DNA of 64,000 nt from an uncultured bacterium (GTDB lineage: Bacteria; Babelota; Babeliae; Babelales; Babelaceae). The stretch lies in assembly GCA_963819815.1 (NCBI GenBank), contig CAWFXL010000001.1, positions 416,001 to 480,000 on the forward strand. The letters run 5' to 3'. The translations under genes and the position numbers were made by a program. This document shows positions 40,462-49,544 of this stretch, piece after piece (the stretch's first letter is position 1; every line of letters begins with the position of its first letter). The notes below the pieces were generated by a model. It worked only from the letters and a program-made list of their open reading frames with translations, searched no databases and had not been told where the DNA came from.

Positions 40462-43086
40462 TTATGCGTCTTTCATTCTTTTATGACCTTGAGGAGAAGA
40501 TACCTGAGTATGCTCTTTAAGAGTCTTGTAACGCTCCAAGCAACGATTGAAAGCCTCATCTATCCCTTGTGTGACAAGAGCCTTAATTTTGTTTTTCCAT
40601 TCAGCAGAAGCTATATAGAGGCCCAAATCCTCATCTTCTATCTGTGGTCTCCATAAAGACGATATCGATCTGAGTAAATCAGGAAGAAGCGCATCACCTA
40701 TCGTTGTGCAGAGAAATTCAATAGCATGAGGCTTTATTGAAGTGAGCAGAAGTGTAATTTCATAAGGGAGTAAGTCGGCTTTATTCCGCACGTAGATAAG
40801 AGAAAATAACGCATCGAGATGCTCTGTATTCAATATGCTCAAAAACAGATGTATCAAATGATCTCTTAGATGGGGTGTATGACTAAAAATCTCATCAATA
40901 CAGAGCACGGGTATCTCTATTGATCTGAAAAGTTTTGTGATATACATGACATGCTTGTAAGCTGCTCTTTGCTGTATGCAACTTTGCTTGCAAAATCGGT
41001 AAGAACGAAACGCGATATATTCGAGATTTTCCGGGATATCATATATTTCTTCTCTTTCAATCGCTCCTTCAAGAGTTACGATAATCATGTTTCTAAGTCC
41101 TCTTGCTCCTGCAAAAGAGGGTTCTGCTCCTGCTTCTAAAAGGCAACCAATGCTCTCAGTTCTGCCTACGTTAGCCGCTTCTTCGAGTTCCGTCCCCATC
41201 TTGATGGTTCGGGATGAATTACCTCTACTCCCGCCGGTCCATAAAGTTCTTAATATTCTACTGGGCCTTACCCCGTGCTTAAGAAGCTGGGCTATACAAT
41301 GGTCACACCATACTGCAGTTCCTAACAAGCTGCGGTCGTCCTCATCCGAGAAAACAGAAGCTCCCGCCTTAAGTAACCGATCTACAAGGTCGCATAATCC
41401 TCCATCTAGTGCTCTAGAAAGGGGTGAACGAACCAAAGGCGAGAATCGCTCGACATAGGCTCCATGCTCAACAAGGAGATTCGCAAGCTCCACATGATTG
41501 GAATTGGGGTCATATAATAGCCCACTTAATATTGAGTCCTGGACCCCCTCGAATACCAATACGGCGCTTGGATTTGCTCCCGCAAGAATAAGCTTTTTAG
41601 CTGCATCGATGGGGGCACCTCTCTCTTTAAAAGCTCTTAAAACCGCATCAAGCAAGGCCTCTTCATCCGGATATGCTCCTGAATTGAGAAGCAGATCGAA
41701 GCATTCTTCATGTCTATTTGCTAAGGCAGCTGCAAGAGGAGTATATGACGGCGGACTTTGATCGCTTGGAATTGAGGCTCGGGGAAGATATTCGTTCGGA
41801 TTCGCTCCAACTTCTAATAATCGTTTTACTATTCCCACATGACCCGCTTTGCTTGCTTCATAAAGTGCTCTTGTAAGAAAGAAATCTTGGGGTCTTCTCA
41901 CCAGAGACAAAAATATTTCTAACCATTCGCCATCACCATTTTTTACCATGCCTTCCCATAATTCTGGTACGATACAGCGAATACCTAAGGCAAGAAGTCG
42001 TCGAAATAGTACTTTATCATTAGTTTGTATTACGAAGTGTAACCATCTTTGAAGGTCTGGAGTATTGTGGGATATGAGTCCCTGAGCCGCCAGTAACTCA
42101 ACTAACTCAATATTATGGTCGGCAATCGCATAATCCCAGGTCCTAACACCCCGGACTATCGCGCAACATTCAAGCCATAGGAGTGCGCGTTCATTATCAC
42201 CTTGTTGTTGATAATATTCCATGTAAGTATGCATACGTTTAAGGAGCGTGGGATCTCTATCTACATGGCGCGACAAGAGATATTTCGCACAGTGAGGCTT
42301 TTCCAAATAAATAGCGAGATTCACGGGCTTATTTCCCAAATACACGTCAGACGGAGCATCCAAAAATACTTCCGGAACGATTTCTCCGAGCATAGAGTCG
42401 TCGTCGTTTTGAAGGGCATCGAGAACTTTGAGTTCCATAGGTGCGGCCTGATAACAACGGACCCAACTAAACGCTTCTTGATAGTCTTCTTTTTGCCAAG
42501 ATTCTTGTGCATATATCTTAATTTTTGCCTCGAAGGAAGGCATTCTTTTCGCTCCATGAGATAAGAGCGTCTTGACACAGCGAACGCTCTTGAACAAAAG
42601 CGCAAGCTCCAGGGGTGTTTGCCCAAGATACGTTTCAAGTCGAGTATCAAGTTGCTCCTTGGGGATAGTATTTTCAAGCTCTGCATGAGCGTCATTTTCA
42701 AGCGCATTAAGGATCTTAAGTTCTCTTTCAGTCGCGGAACGACAAAGAGCCCACAAGATAGCCTGGTCTGGTTGTCGTTCCGCCAAGCAATGCTGCATAT
42801 GAGCTAGTATTTCTTGATCGGTAGAGGGATTTTTTAATGCACCACGCTTTATGAGCGATCTTACACAGTGCGGACTGCGTAAAAAAAGAGAAAACTCCAG
42901 AGGTGTTTTTCCCATGAGTAGCTCGAATCGAGTATTTACATAATAATCAGGAACAAGTCGGCTCAGTTCACTGGGGTTATCATTTTCGATAGCTCGCATA
43001 ACGCTCGCGGAAACTACAGCCATATGCAAAGGATAGATCCAGAAGGAAGACAAAGTAAATATCGCTATAAGGAAGATTTTTTTCAT
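40462..43086 (-). CDS. Secreted ankyrin repeat protein with F-box-like C-terminal domain and NLS-like tail
   Basis: Start reassigned to MKKIFLIAIF (GGAG RBS); ankyrin repeats; LFRSIEIPVLCIDEIF; ends HKRMKDA. Confidence 0.9.
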   Translation of the reverse strand: MKKIFLIAIFTLSSFWIYPLHMAVVSASVMRAIENDNPSELSRLVPDYYVNTRFELLMGKTPLEFSLFLRSPHCVRSLIKRGALKNPSTDQEILAHMQHCLAERQPDQAILWALCRSATERELKILNALENDAHAELENTIPKEQLDTRLETYLGQTPLELALLFKSVRCVKTLLSHGAKRMPSFEAKIKIYAQESWQKEDYQEAFSWVRCYQAAPMELKVLDALQNDDDSMLGEIVPEVFLDAPSDVYLGNKPVNLAIYLEKPHCAKYLLSRHVDRDPTLLKRMHTYMEYYQQQGDNERALLWLECCAIVRGVRTWDYAIADHNIELVELLAAQGLISHNTPDLQRWLHFVIQTNDKVLFRRLLALGIRCIVPELWEGMVKNGDGEWLEIFLSLVRRPQDFFLTRALYEASKAGHVGIVKRLLEVGANPNEYLPRASIPSDQSPPSYTPLAAALANRHEECFDLLLNSGAYPDEEALLDAVLRAFKERGAPIDAAKKLILAGANPSAVLVFEGVQDSILSGLLYDPNSNHVELANLLVEHGAYVERFSPLVRSPLSRALDGGLCDLVDRLLKAGASVFSDEDDRSLLGTAVWCDHCIAQLLKHGVRPSRILRTLWTGGSRGNSSRTIKMGTELEEAANVGRTESIGCLLEAGAEPSFAGARGLRNMIIVTLEGAIEREEIYDIPENLEYIAFRSYRFCKQSCIQQRAAYKHVMYITKLFRSIEIPVLCIDEIFSHTPHLRDHLIHLFLSILNTEHLDALFSLIYVRNKADLLPYEITLLLTSIKPHAIEFLCTTIGDALLPDLLRSISSLWRPQIEDEDLGLYIASAEWKNKIKALVTQGIDEAFNRCLERYKTLKEHTQVSSPQGHKRMKDA

Positions 43087-43273
43087 ATCAGATCTCCGTC
43101 TTACCATGATTACTTTTTGCTTGGATAAGTTCTTTCCAAGTATAGGCAAGTTCCGCTATAGAGCAAACATTGTAAGTATAGGAGCAAAAAAATTATTTCC
43201 GGTAGTTGGCAAAACAAAAGCTTCCGGGTTTAGGCATAATTGAATTGTCAAAGATTCTCACACCGGAAAAAAG

Positions 43274-43337
43274 AGGGACTGGCGTAGCCTGGGACGCTGA
43301 CAAACAACATTGTCAAGCAGAGCAACTATCAGTCCCT
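43274..43337 (-). terminator. Extended hairpin with U-tract downstream of 43470-44381
   Basis: agggactg...cagtccct outer stem, inner tgacaa/ttgtca stem, then CTTTTTT on the minus strand. Confidence 0.55.
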
Positions 43338-43469
43338 TGTGTTTTTAGAAAATGATTGTCCAACTCTGTAAATTGCCTTCGTGTCTTATATATATTCTTA
43401 TTTTTTTCTATTTTTGGAATTCATGTAACACATTCTCAAGCAACTTTTTCTTCGTTTTCTTCGTTATGG

Positions 43470-44381
43470 TCAAATTAAACACTCGTCAGAATCTGATTCG
43501 TCCTCATAATTTTTTAAGGGAAATCCTTCCTCAATCATAATCCTGAGAGTCCCAGGTATAAATGGTTTAAAGTATTGTACTAATCTCGCTACCAAATCCT
43601 TATATTCTTGAGGAGCAAGTAATGCTTTTATAATCTCAACTCGATTCTCATCTTCAGGCGTCAGGAGAATAGTATAGACCACCACATCCCTCCTTGGAGC
43701 GAGAGATGGAACTCTATCTAAGACACCTCTAGCTGATATCCCCATCTTAATGGGCAGTGTTACACTACTCTTAATAAGACATTCTATTAAATTAAGTAGT
43801 ATTTGATGTTCCATGCGAGGAAGTTTACTGAATGCTGTCAGGATATCTGTGGTCCAAGAATGCTTCGAGGCAATACTCTTAAAACACTCGTCTCCTATTA
43901 TTACAGATTGTAGATCTGGCAGTGTAAAGTTTTTTGCAATTTCTTCCCTGATAGACTTCTCAAGAAGAGGGTTTCCTAAAGTATTTTGTAAGTCATTAAG
44001 GTTCCAGGGTATCTTCTTCCCAAGTAACCGTAAAGAAGGCGTACGAAGTGAGTTAAGGTCTAAATAATCACTTGCTCGCAGCAACTGAAGAGCTTCCTCA
44101 TGTGTAATAGTGGTATCGAGGGTACCCGTCTTAAGGAACTCGATAACTCTTGCAAGAGTCTGCGAATTAATCTCAGGAAGATCAACGGGAGCCTCTTGCG
44201 GGGTGTATGTCAGTACATTCTTAATAGTACCTGCATCCTTAAAAAGGTCTTTAGGAGCCTCGATCGTTACGTTATCGCTGGTAACAAATTTGATTATTTT
44301 GTCCGATTGCTGAATGACTGCTTGGCTTGCGCAAAGACCGGTCATGAAACTGGTGGTAATAACAATGAAAAATTTCGTCAT
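43470..44381 (-). CDS. Secreted Skp1-like protein
   Basis: AAGGA RBS; signal peptide; IKFVTSDNVTIEA...TIKNVL...PVDLPEINSQTLARVIEF...LLRASDYLDL follows the Skp1 POZ pattern. Confidence 0.88.
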   Translation of the reverse strand: MTKFFIVITTSFMTGLCASQAVIQQSDKIIKFVTSDNVTIEAPKDLFKDAGTIKNVLTYTPQEAPVDLPEINSQTLARVIEFLKTGTLDTTITHEEALQLLRASDYLDLNSLRTPSLRLLGKKIPWNLNDLQNTLGNPLLEKSIREEIAKNFTLPDLQSVIIGDECFKSIASKHSWTTDILTAFSKLPRMEHQILLNLIECLIKSSVTLPIKMGISARGVLDRVPSLAPRRDVVVYTILLTPEDENRVEIIKALLAPQEYKDLVARLVQYFKPFIPGTLRIMIEEGFPLKNYEDESDSDECLI

Positions 44382-44676
44382 AGTCTGATCCTTAAGGTAT
44401 TAAAATCTCTATTGAGCACTTAGTTGTTTCTTCTTGCAAAGCCGTTAATTTGGCTACTCCTAAAGTGACCTTCAATCTCAAAAGGTGCGCCGGAACATGC
44501 TCTTTACACATTCATTGACGCCCTCAAGCTTTGCAGTAAGGGTTATTCGGATTTCACCATCTTCAATACGCCCATCAGAACAACTTTTTATCAAAAATTT
44601 TAATATCCATTTGTGATATTTATTGATGTAATGTAGTGATTACAGCTACTTTGAAGAAAGTGGTGACTCCTGTACT

Positions 44677-44705
44677 AAGATAACAAAACATATTCACATT
44701 GTCAA
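44677..44705 (-). promoter_or_regulatory. sigma70-like promoter
   Basis: Minus strand TTGACA-17 bp-TATCTT. Confidence 0.5.
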
Positions 44706-44785
44706 GAATCGCAGACAAATTAATTGCCCTTTTTCACCCTAATGGAAAACTTGCCTAGAGAATTAGCATCTTCTAATTTTTCAAC

Positions 44786-45379
44786 TTGCAATGCAAATCC
44801 CAATGTGAGATTTCTGTATCATGTGAGAGTCGGACGGCACATGGGCAAGTTATACGGACGACTGCACTTTTGCGAACAAAGCAAATTCCGCTCCTCCAAG
44901 TTCAGGAAATCTTTATGAGAACGCAGCATCTTAAGAATCACCTGATCACTATGTTTTTATGCAATTTAAGCGAACTTCAGCTCACACAATTTTTTGCATA
45001 TATCTATCGAAACAATAGAGAAAGCAGACTTCTTTACGAAATTGAAGCACTACTGTCATCTATAAAAGAGGACGCAATTGAATATCTTTATAACATGGTC
45101 ATGAGAGCCTGGGAACAAAATCTTTTGCCTAACCGTGTGGAATCAATAACCGACCTCTTTACTTCTGATCAGGGGAAAGTATTAATACGAAGCCTTATTA
45201 AAGAAGGAGTTGAAGAAGGTTTTGCTCATTGGTTGCAACAACATAGAGCAATTAAGGAAACTGTTCTACGAGAGGTGCAATTAAATAACCAAGAAAATGA
45301 TGAAGATAACGGAATCCCACTGGATAAAAGAAGAAAGTTCAATGATGACACTGATGCAGTTGTTTTAGAACAATTATAG
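44786..45379 (+). pseudogene. 5'-truncated paralog (C-terminal domain only) of the ankyrin/F-box-like/NLS family
   Basis: IPLLQVQEIFM, IRSLIKEGVEE and KRRK align with the C-termini of 40462, 57528 and 59773; no signal peptide, no ankyrins, TTG start. Confidence 0.78.
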
Positions 45380-45647
45380 TTTATCTACGATTATTCCTGA
45401 ATAGGAAAAAAGCCTTGTATCGCAAAGAATACCAAGGCCAAAGAATACAGCTTTGTCATCAGCAAAGACGACAACATAACTCTCCATTAAGATACGCAAT
45501 CTTTTCTTAATCTTTCTGCTTTTTCAGATAGAGGTAGAGTTACCCTTATGTTTTTTGCTGCATAGCCATCTTATAGTTTCAACAAGAGATTACTTTCTGG
45601 TCTTATCCTTTGCGACATCATAAGGTTCTATTGAGTTTTTAAAGCCA

Positions 45648-45733
45648 TCTTACGATATAAACAAATTGACCATTTATCAATCGCTCCGAACAAGGGACCA
45701 TTAACGTGCATTATTCAGGAATAAAATCACAGG
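45648..45733. repeat. ~86-bp direct repeat, copy 1
   Basis: tcttacgatataaacaaattgaccatttatcaatcgctccgaacaagggaccattaacgtgcattattcaggaataaaatc shared with 47189 and, more divergently, 48855. Confidence 0.92.
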
Positions 45734-47149
45734 TCATGATGCCTCTGCAGCATTCTTACATATATAGGAGTCCAATATCTCCCCAACAACTTCTCCTAGA
45801 CCATCTGGCAGATCCTCTAAGAAATTTTTATAGTCATTCCACAAATGAGGATACCTAGTAAAGTCTAAACGTAAGCTATCTCGTGAATCACTTGAATCTT
45901 GTATATAGGCTGATCGACCCTGACGAGCCCTGAGCTTCACCAGCCTTCTTGCTATCTCTATTTCATAGATCATATGTAAGATAGTCGCCTGCTTATGATT
46001 AATGGTATCTTCTCGAGTAAGATGCCTATAGAGCTTCATATGCGGGCCTATATCCCAGATCCTCGCAGTTTCATCCTCTGAAGCAGTCAAAACCTGATCT
46101 CCTGCTCTATTAAAAACTGCTGACATAACCCAATTAGTATGCCCTTCAAGAATATGCAGACATCTACCTATTGATGCATCCCAGATCCTCGCTGTTCCAT
46201 CATGAGAACCAGTCACCACCCTATCTCCTGTACCATTAAATATTGCTGAGGTAACCCAATTAGTATGCCCTTCAAGAATATGCAGACATCTCCCTGTTGC
46301 TACATCAAAGATCTTTGCAGTTCTATCATTTGAACCAGTCAAAACCTGATCTCCTGTATTATTAAATACTGCTGAACCGACCGCCCTAGTATGCCCTTTA
46401 AGAATACATAGACATCTACCTGTTGCCACATTCCAGATCCTTGCAGTTCCATCATGAGAACCAGTCACCACCTGATCTCCTGCACTATTAAAAACTGCTG
46501 ACACAACCCAATTAGCATGCCCTTCAAGAATACGAAGACATCTCCCTGTTGCCACATCCCAGATCCTCGCTGTTCCATCATGAGAACCAGTCACCACCTG
46601 ATTTCCTGCACTATTAAAAACGGCTGACACAACCCAATTAGTATGCCCTTCAAGAATACGAAGACATCTCCCTGTTGCCACATCCCAGATCCTCGCTGTT
46701 CCATCACGAGAACCAGTCACCACCTGATTTCCTGCACCATTAAATACTGCTGAACCAACCGACTCAGTATGACCTTCAAGAATATCCAGACATTCACCTG
46801 TTGTCGCATCCCAGATCCTCGCTGTTCCGTCATGAGAACCAGTCACCACCCTATCTCCTGTACCATTAAATATTGCTGAGGTAACCGAGTCAGTATGCCC
46901 TGCCAACTCTTGAAAGCTTAAGGGAAGCTTTTTGAGCAGATACATCACGAGTGGATGATTGTGAAGAAGGTAATTGCCTATCTTTTGGCTTGATAAAAGT
47001 GCTAAATTAGCAGCTAATTCATCACCTCGCACTATGTTTGCCAAGATACTTGTGTCTATCTTCTGAGTACTACTCGTACTCGATGCTTGCATACTTGCAT
47101 GCAATCCTCCATAGATACTGCAAATAATTATCAATGCTCTATAGTTCAT
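45734..47149 (-). CDS. Secreted WD40 protein with 7 highly similar 42-aa repeats
   Basis: Signal peptide; GH..VxSAVFN..G..VVTGS.DGTARIWD x7 (126-bp units). Confidence 0.95.
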   Translation of the reverse strand: MNYRALIIICSIYGGLHASMQASSTSSTQKIDTSILANIVRGDELAANLALLSSQKIGNYLLHNHPLVMYLLKKLPLSFQELAGHTDSVTSAIFNGTGDRVVTGSHDGTARIWDATTGECLDILEGHTESVGSAVFNGAGNQVVTGSRDGTARIWDVATGRCLRILEGHTNWVVSAVFNSAGNQVVTGSHDGTARIWDVATGRCLRILEGHANWVVSAVFNSAGDQVVTGSHDGTARIWNVATGRCLCILKGHTRAVGSAVFNNTGDQVLTGSNDRTAKIFDVATGRCLHILEGHTNWVTSAIFNGTGDRVVTGSHDGTARIWDASIGRCLHILEGHTNWVMSAVFNRAGDQVLTASEDETARIWDIGPHMKLYRHLTREDTINHKQATILHMIYEIEIARRLVKLRARQGRSAYIQDSSDSRDSLRLDFTRYPHLWNDYKNFLEDLPDGLGEVVGEILDSYICKNAAEAS

Positions 47150-47188
47150 ATCATTCCTTTATCATAATTCTACATTCAATGAAGTCAT

Positions 47189-47273
47189 TCTTACGATATA
47201 AACAAATTGACCATTTATCAATCGCTCCGAACAAGGGACCATTAACGTGCATTATTCAGGAATAAAATCCGTG
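47189..47273. repeat. ~86-bp direct repeat, copy 2 (contains promoter of 45734-47149)
   Basis: Near-identical to copy 1; minus strand TTGATA-17 bp-TATCGT. Confidence 0.92.
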
Positions 47274-48815
47274 TCATGATGCCTCTGCAGCATTCTTACG
47301 TATATAGGAGTCCAGTATTTTCCCAACTGCTTCTCCTAGACCATCTGGCAGATCCCCTAAGAAATTTTTATAGTCATTCCACAAATGAGGATACCTAGTA
47401 AAGTCTAAACGTAAGCTATCTGGTGAATCACTTGAATCTTGTATATATGCTGATCGACCCTGACGAGCCCTGAGCTTCACCAGCCTTCTTGCTATCTCTA
47501 TTTCATAGATCATATGTAAGATAGTCGCCTGCTTATGATTAATGGTATCTTCTCGAGTAAGATGCCTATAGAGCTTCATATACAGGCCTATATCCCAGAT
47601 CCTCGCTGTTCTACCCTCTGCAGCAATCACCACCCGATCTCCTGTACTATTAAATACTGCTGAAACAACCGCATGAGTATGCCCTTCAAGAATACGCAGA
47701 CATTCACCTGTTGCCACATCCCAGATCCTCGCTGTTCTATCCTCTGAAGCAGTCACCACCCTATCTCCTGTACCATTAAATACTGCTGAAACAACCGCAT
47801 GAGTATGCCCTTTAAGAATACGCAGGCCGCTCCCTGTTGCCACATCCCAGATCTTAGCAATACTATCATGTGCAGTCACCACCCTATCTCCTGTACCATT
47901 GAAGACTGCTGAATTAACCGGCCCCATATGCCGCCCTTTAAGAATATGCAGACATCTCCCTGTTGCTACATCCCAGATCCTCGCAGTTCCATCATTTGAA
48001 GCAGTCACCACCTGATCTCCTGTGCTATTAAATACTGCTGAATTAACTATCCCAGTATGCCCTTCAAGAATACGCAGACATCGTCCTGTTGCCACATCCC
48101 AGATCCTTGCAGTTCCATCATGAGAACCAGTCACCACCTGATCTCCTGTACTATTAAATACTGCTGAAGTAACAACCCTAGTATGCCCTTCAAGAATACG
48201 CAGACATCGCCCTGTTGCTGCATCCCAGATCCTCGATGTTTTATCTAATGAATTAGTCACCACCTGAGTTCCTGCACTATTAAATACTGCTACATAAACC
48301 CGGTTAGTATGCCCCTTAAGAATACATAGACATGCACCTGTTGCAGCATCCCAGATCCTCGCTGTTCTATCCCATGAAGCAGTCACCACCCTATCTCCAG
48401 TCCCATTAAATACTGCTGAATGAACATAACCAGTATGCCCTTCAAGAATCCATAGACATGCACCTGTTGCCACATCCCAGATCCTGGCTGTTCCATCATA
48501 TGAAGCAGTCACCACCCTATCTCCTATAGCATTAAATGCTGCTGATTTAACACTATAAGAATGCCCTGCCAACTCTTGAAAGCTTAAGGGAAGCTTTTTG
48601 AGCAGATACATCACGAGTGGATGATTGTGAAGAAGGTAATTGCCTATCTTTTGGCTTGATAGAAGTGCTAGATTAGCAGCTAATTCATCACCTCGCACTA
48701 TGTTTGCCAAGATACTTGTGTCTGTCTTCTGAGTACTACTCGTACTCGATGATTGCATACTTGCATGCAATCCTCCATAGATACTGCAAATAATTATCAA
48801 TGCTCTATAGTTCAT
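47274..48815 (-). CDS. Secreted WD40 protein with 8 repeats; tandem duplicate of 45734-47149
   Basis: Near-identical N- and C-terminal regions; exactly 42 aa longer. Confidence 0.95.
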   Translation of the reverse strand: MNYRALIIICSIYGGLHASMQSSSTSSTQKTDTSILANIVRGDELAANLALLSSQKIGNYLLHNHPLVMYLLKKLPLSFQELAGHSYSVKSAAFNAIGDRVVTASYDGTARIWDVATGACLWILEGHTGYVHSAVFNGTGDRVVTASWDRTARIWDAATGACLCILKGHTNRVYVAVFNSAGTQVVTNSLDKTSRIWDAATGRCLRILEGHTRVVTSAVFNSTGDQVVTGSHDGTARIWDVATGRCLRILEGHTGIVNSAVFNSTGDQVVTASNDGTARIWDVATGRCLHILKGRHMGPVNSAVFNGTGDRVVTAHDSIAKIWDVATGSGLRILKGHTHAVVSAVFNGTGDRVVTASEDRTARIWDVATGECLRILEGHTHAVVSAVFNSTGDRVVIAAEGRTARIWDIGLYMKLYRHLTREDTINHKQATILHMIYEIEIARRLVKLRARQGRSAYIQDSSDSPDSLRLDFTRYPHLWNDYKNFLGDLPDGLGEAVGKILDSYIRKNAAEAS

Positions 48816-48854
48816 ATCATTCCTTTATCATAATTCTACATTCAATGAAGTCAT

Positions 48855-48940
48855 TCTCATGATATAAACAAATTGACTATTTGTCAACAACTGCGAACAC
48901 GGGGCCATTAATGTGCATTATTCAGGAATAAAATCACAGG
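48855..48940. repeat. ~86-bp direct repeat, copy 3 (contains promoter of 47274-48815)
   Basis: Diverged copy; minus strand TTGACA-17 bp-TATCAT at 48859-48887. Confidence 0.9.
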
Positions 48941-49544
48941 TCATACATTTAAGGTTATACCTCTGCTGCCACATTCCCATTGCGGCGATGTTCATACGGT
49001 AACCGCGATACCACGCTCTAGGATACATAGTTAGCGTAAGATTTTGCTGTAAGGTGTTCTTGAAATAGATCATCAGACCAAATGTTTGCAATTCGATCAC
49101 TTCCAGAGCCAGAGATATTTTGAGAGCTATTCTCTTTGGATACAATCCCATCATGCTGAAGAGATCGACGCTTAGAATCTGAACCAAATGAAAGCTAAGG
49201 CAATCTCGCACGAAATTCTTTATGCACAGGTGGTCCAATCTTTTCATCATCAGGTTATGAAATCTGCTTTTCAGAGGCGCTTTTCAGAGGCATTGGGCGT
49301 AAGAAAACTTCTTTCAGCTACAAAAGACTTCCCTCGTTTTTTTTGCCATGCTCGAGCGAGGAGCTAGACCGTGAGAAAAAATCATAACAACACTACTTGT
49401 TAGGTGTACGTTCTCTAGATTCTTGCTGCTACTATGGCTGAATATATGAGAGAGAATGATGTAGGATTAAATGAACTGGTAAGTTTTGAACTCAAGTCCA
49501 GCTCACGCTATTATCTCGCTTTCATATTCATTCTAATACCATGT

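Noticed and set aside
43206..43215. 10-nt match (also at 52029) to the putative omegaRNA guide seed
   Set aside because: Short AT-rich matches with inconsistent 5' flanks; compatible with chance
43470..43484. C-terminal ECLI* as a CaaX
   Set aside because: Cys is at -3, not -4
45734..48815. Diversity-generating retroelement or CRISPR explanation for the WD40 repeats
   Set aside because: No reverse transcriptase, template repeat or cas gene in the window; repeats are in-frame coding units
48918..49450. 110-aa ORF, interrupted frames and a 13-bp tandem duplication (gcttttcagaggc x2)
   Set aside because: Probably a degraded gene; no product can be supported
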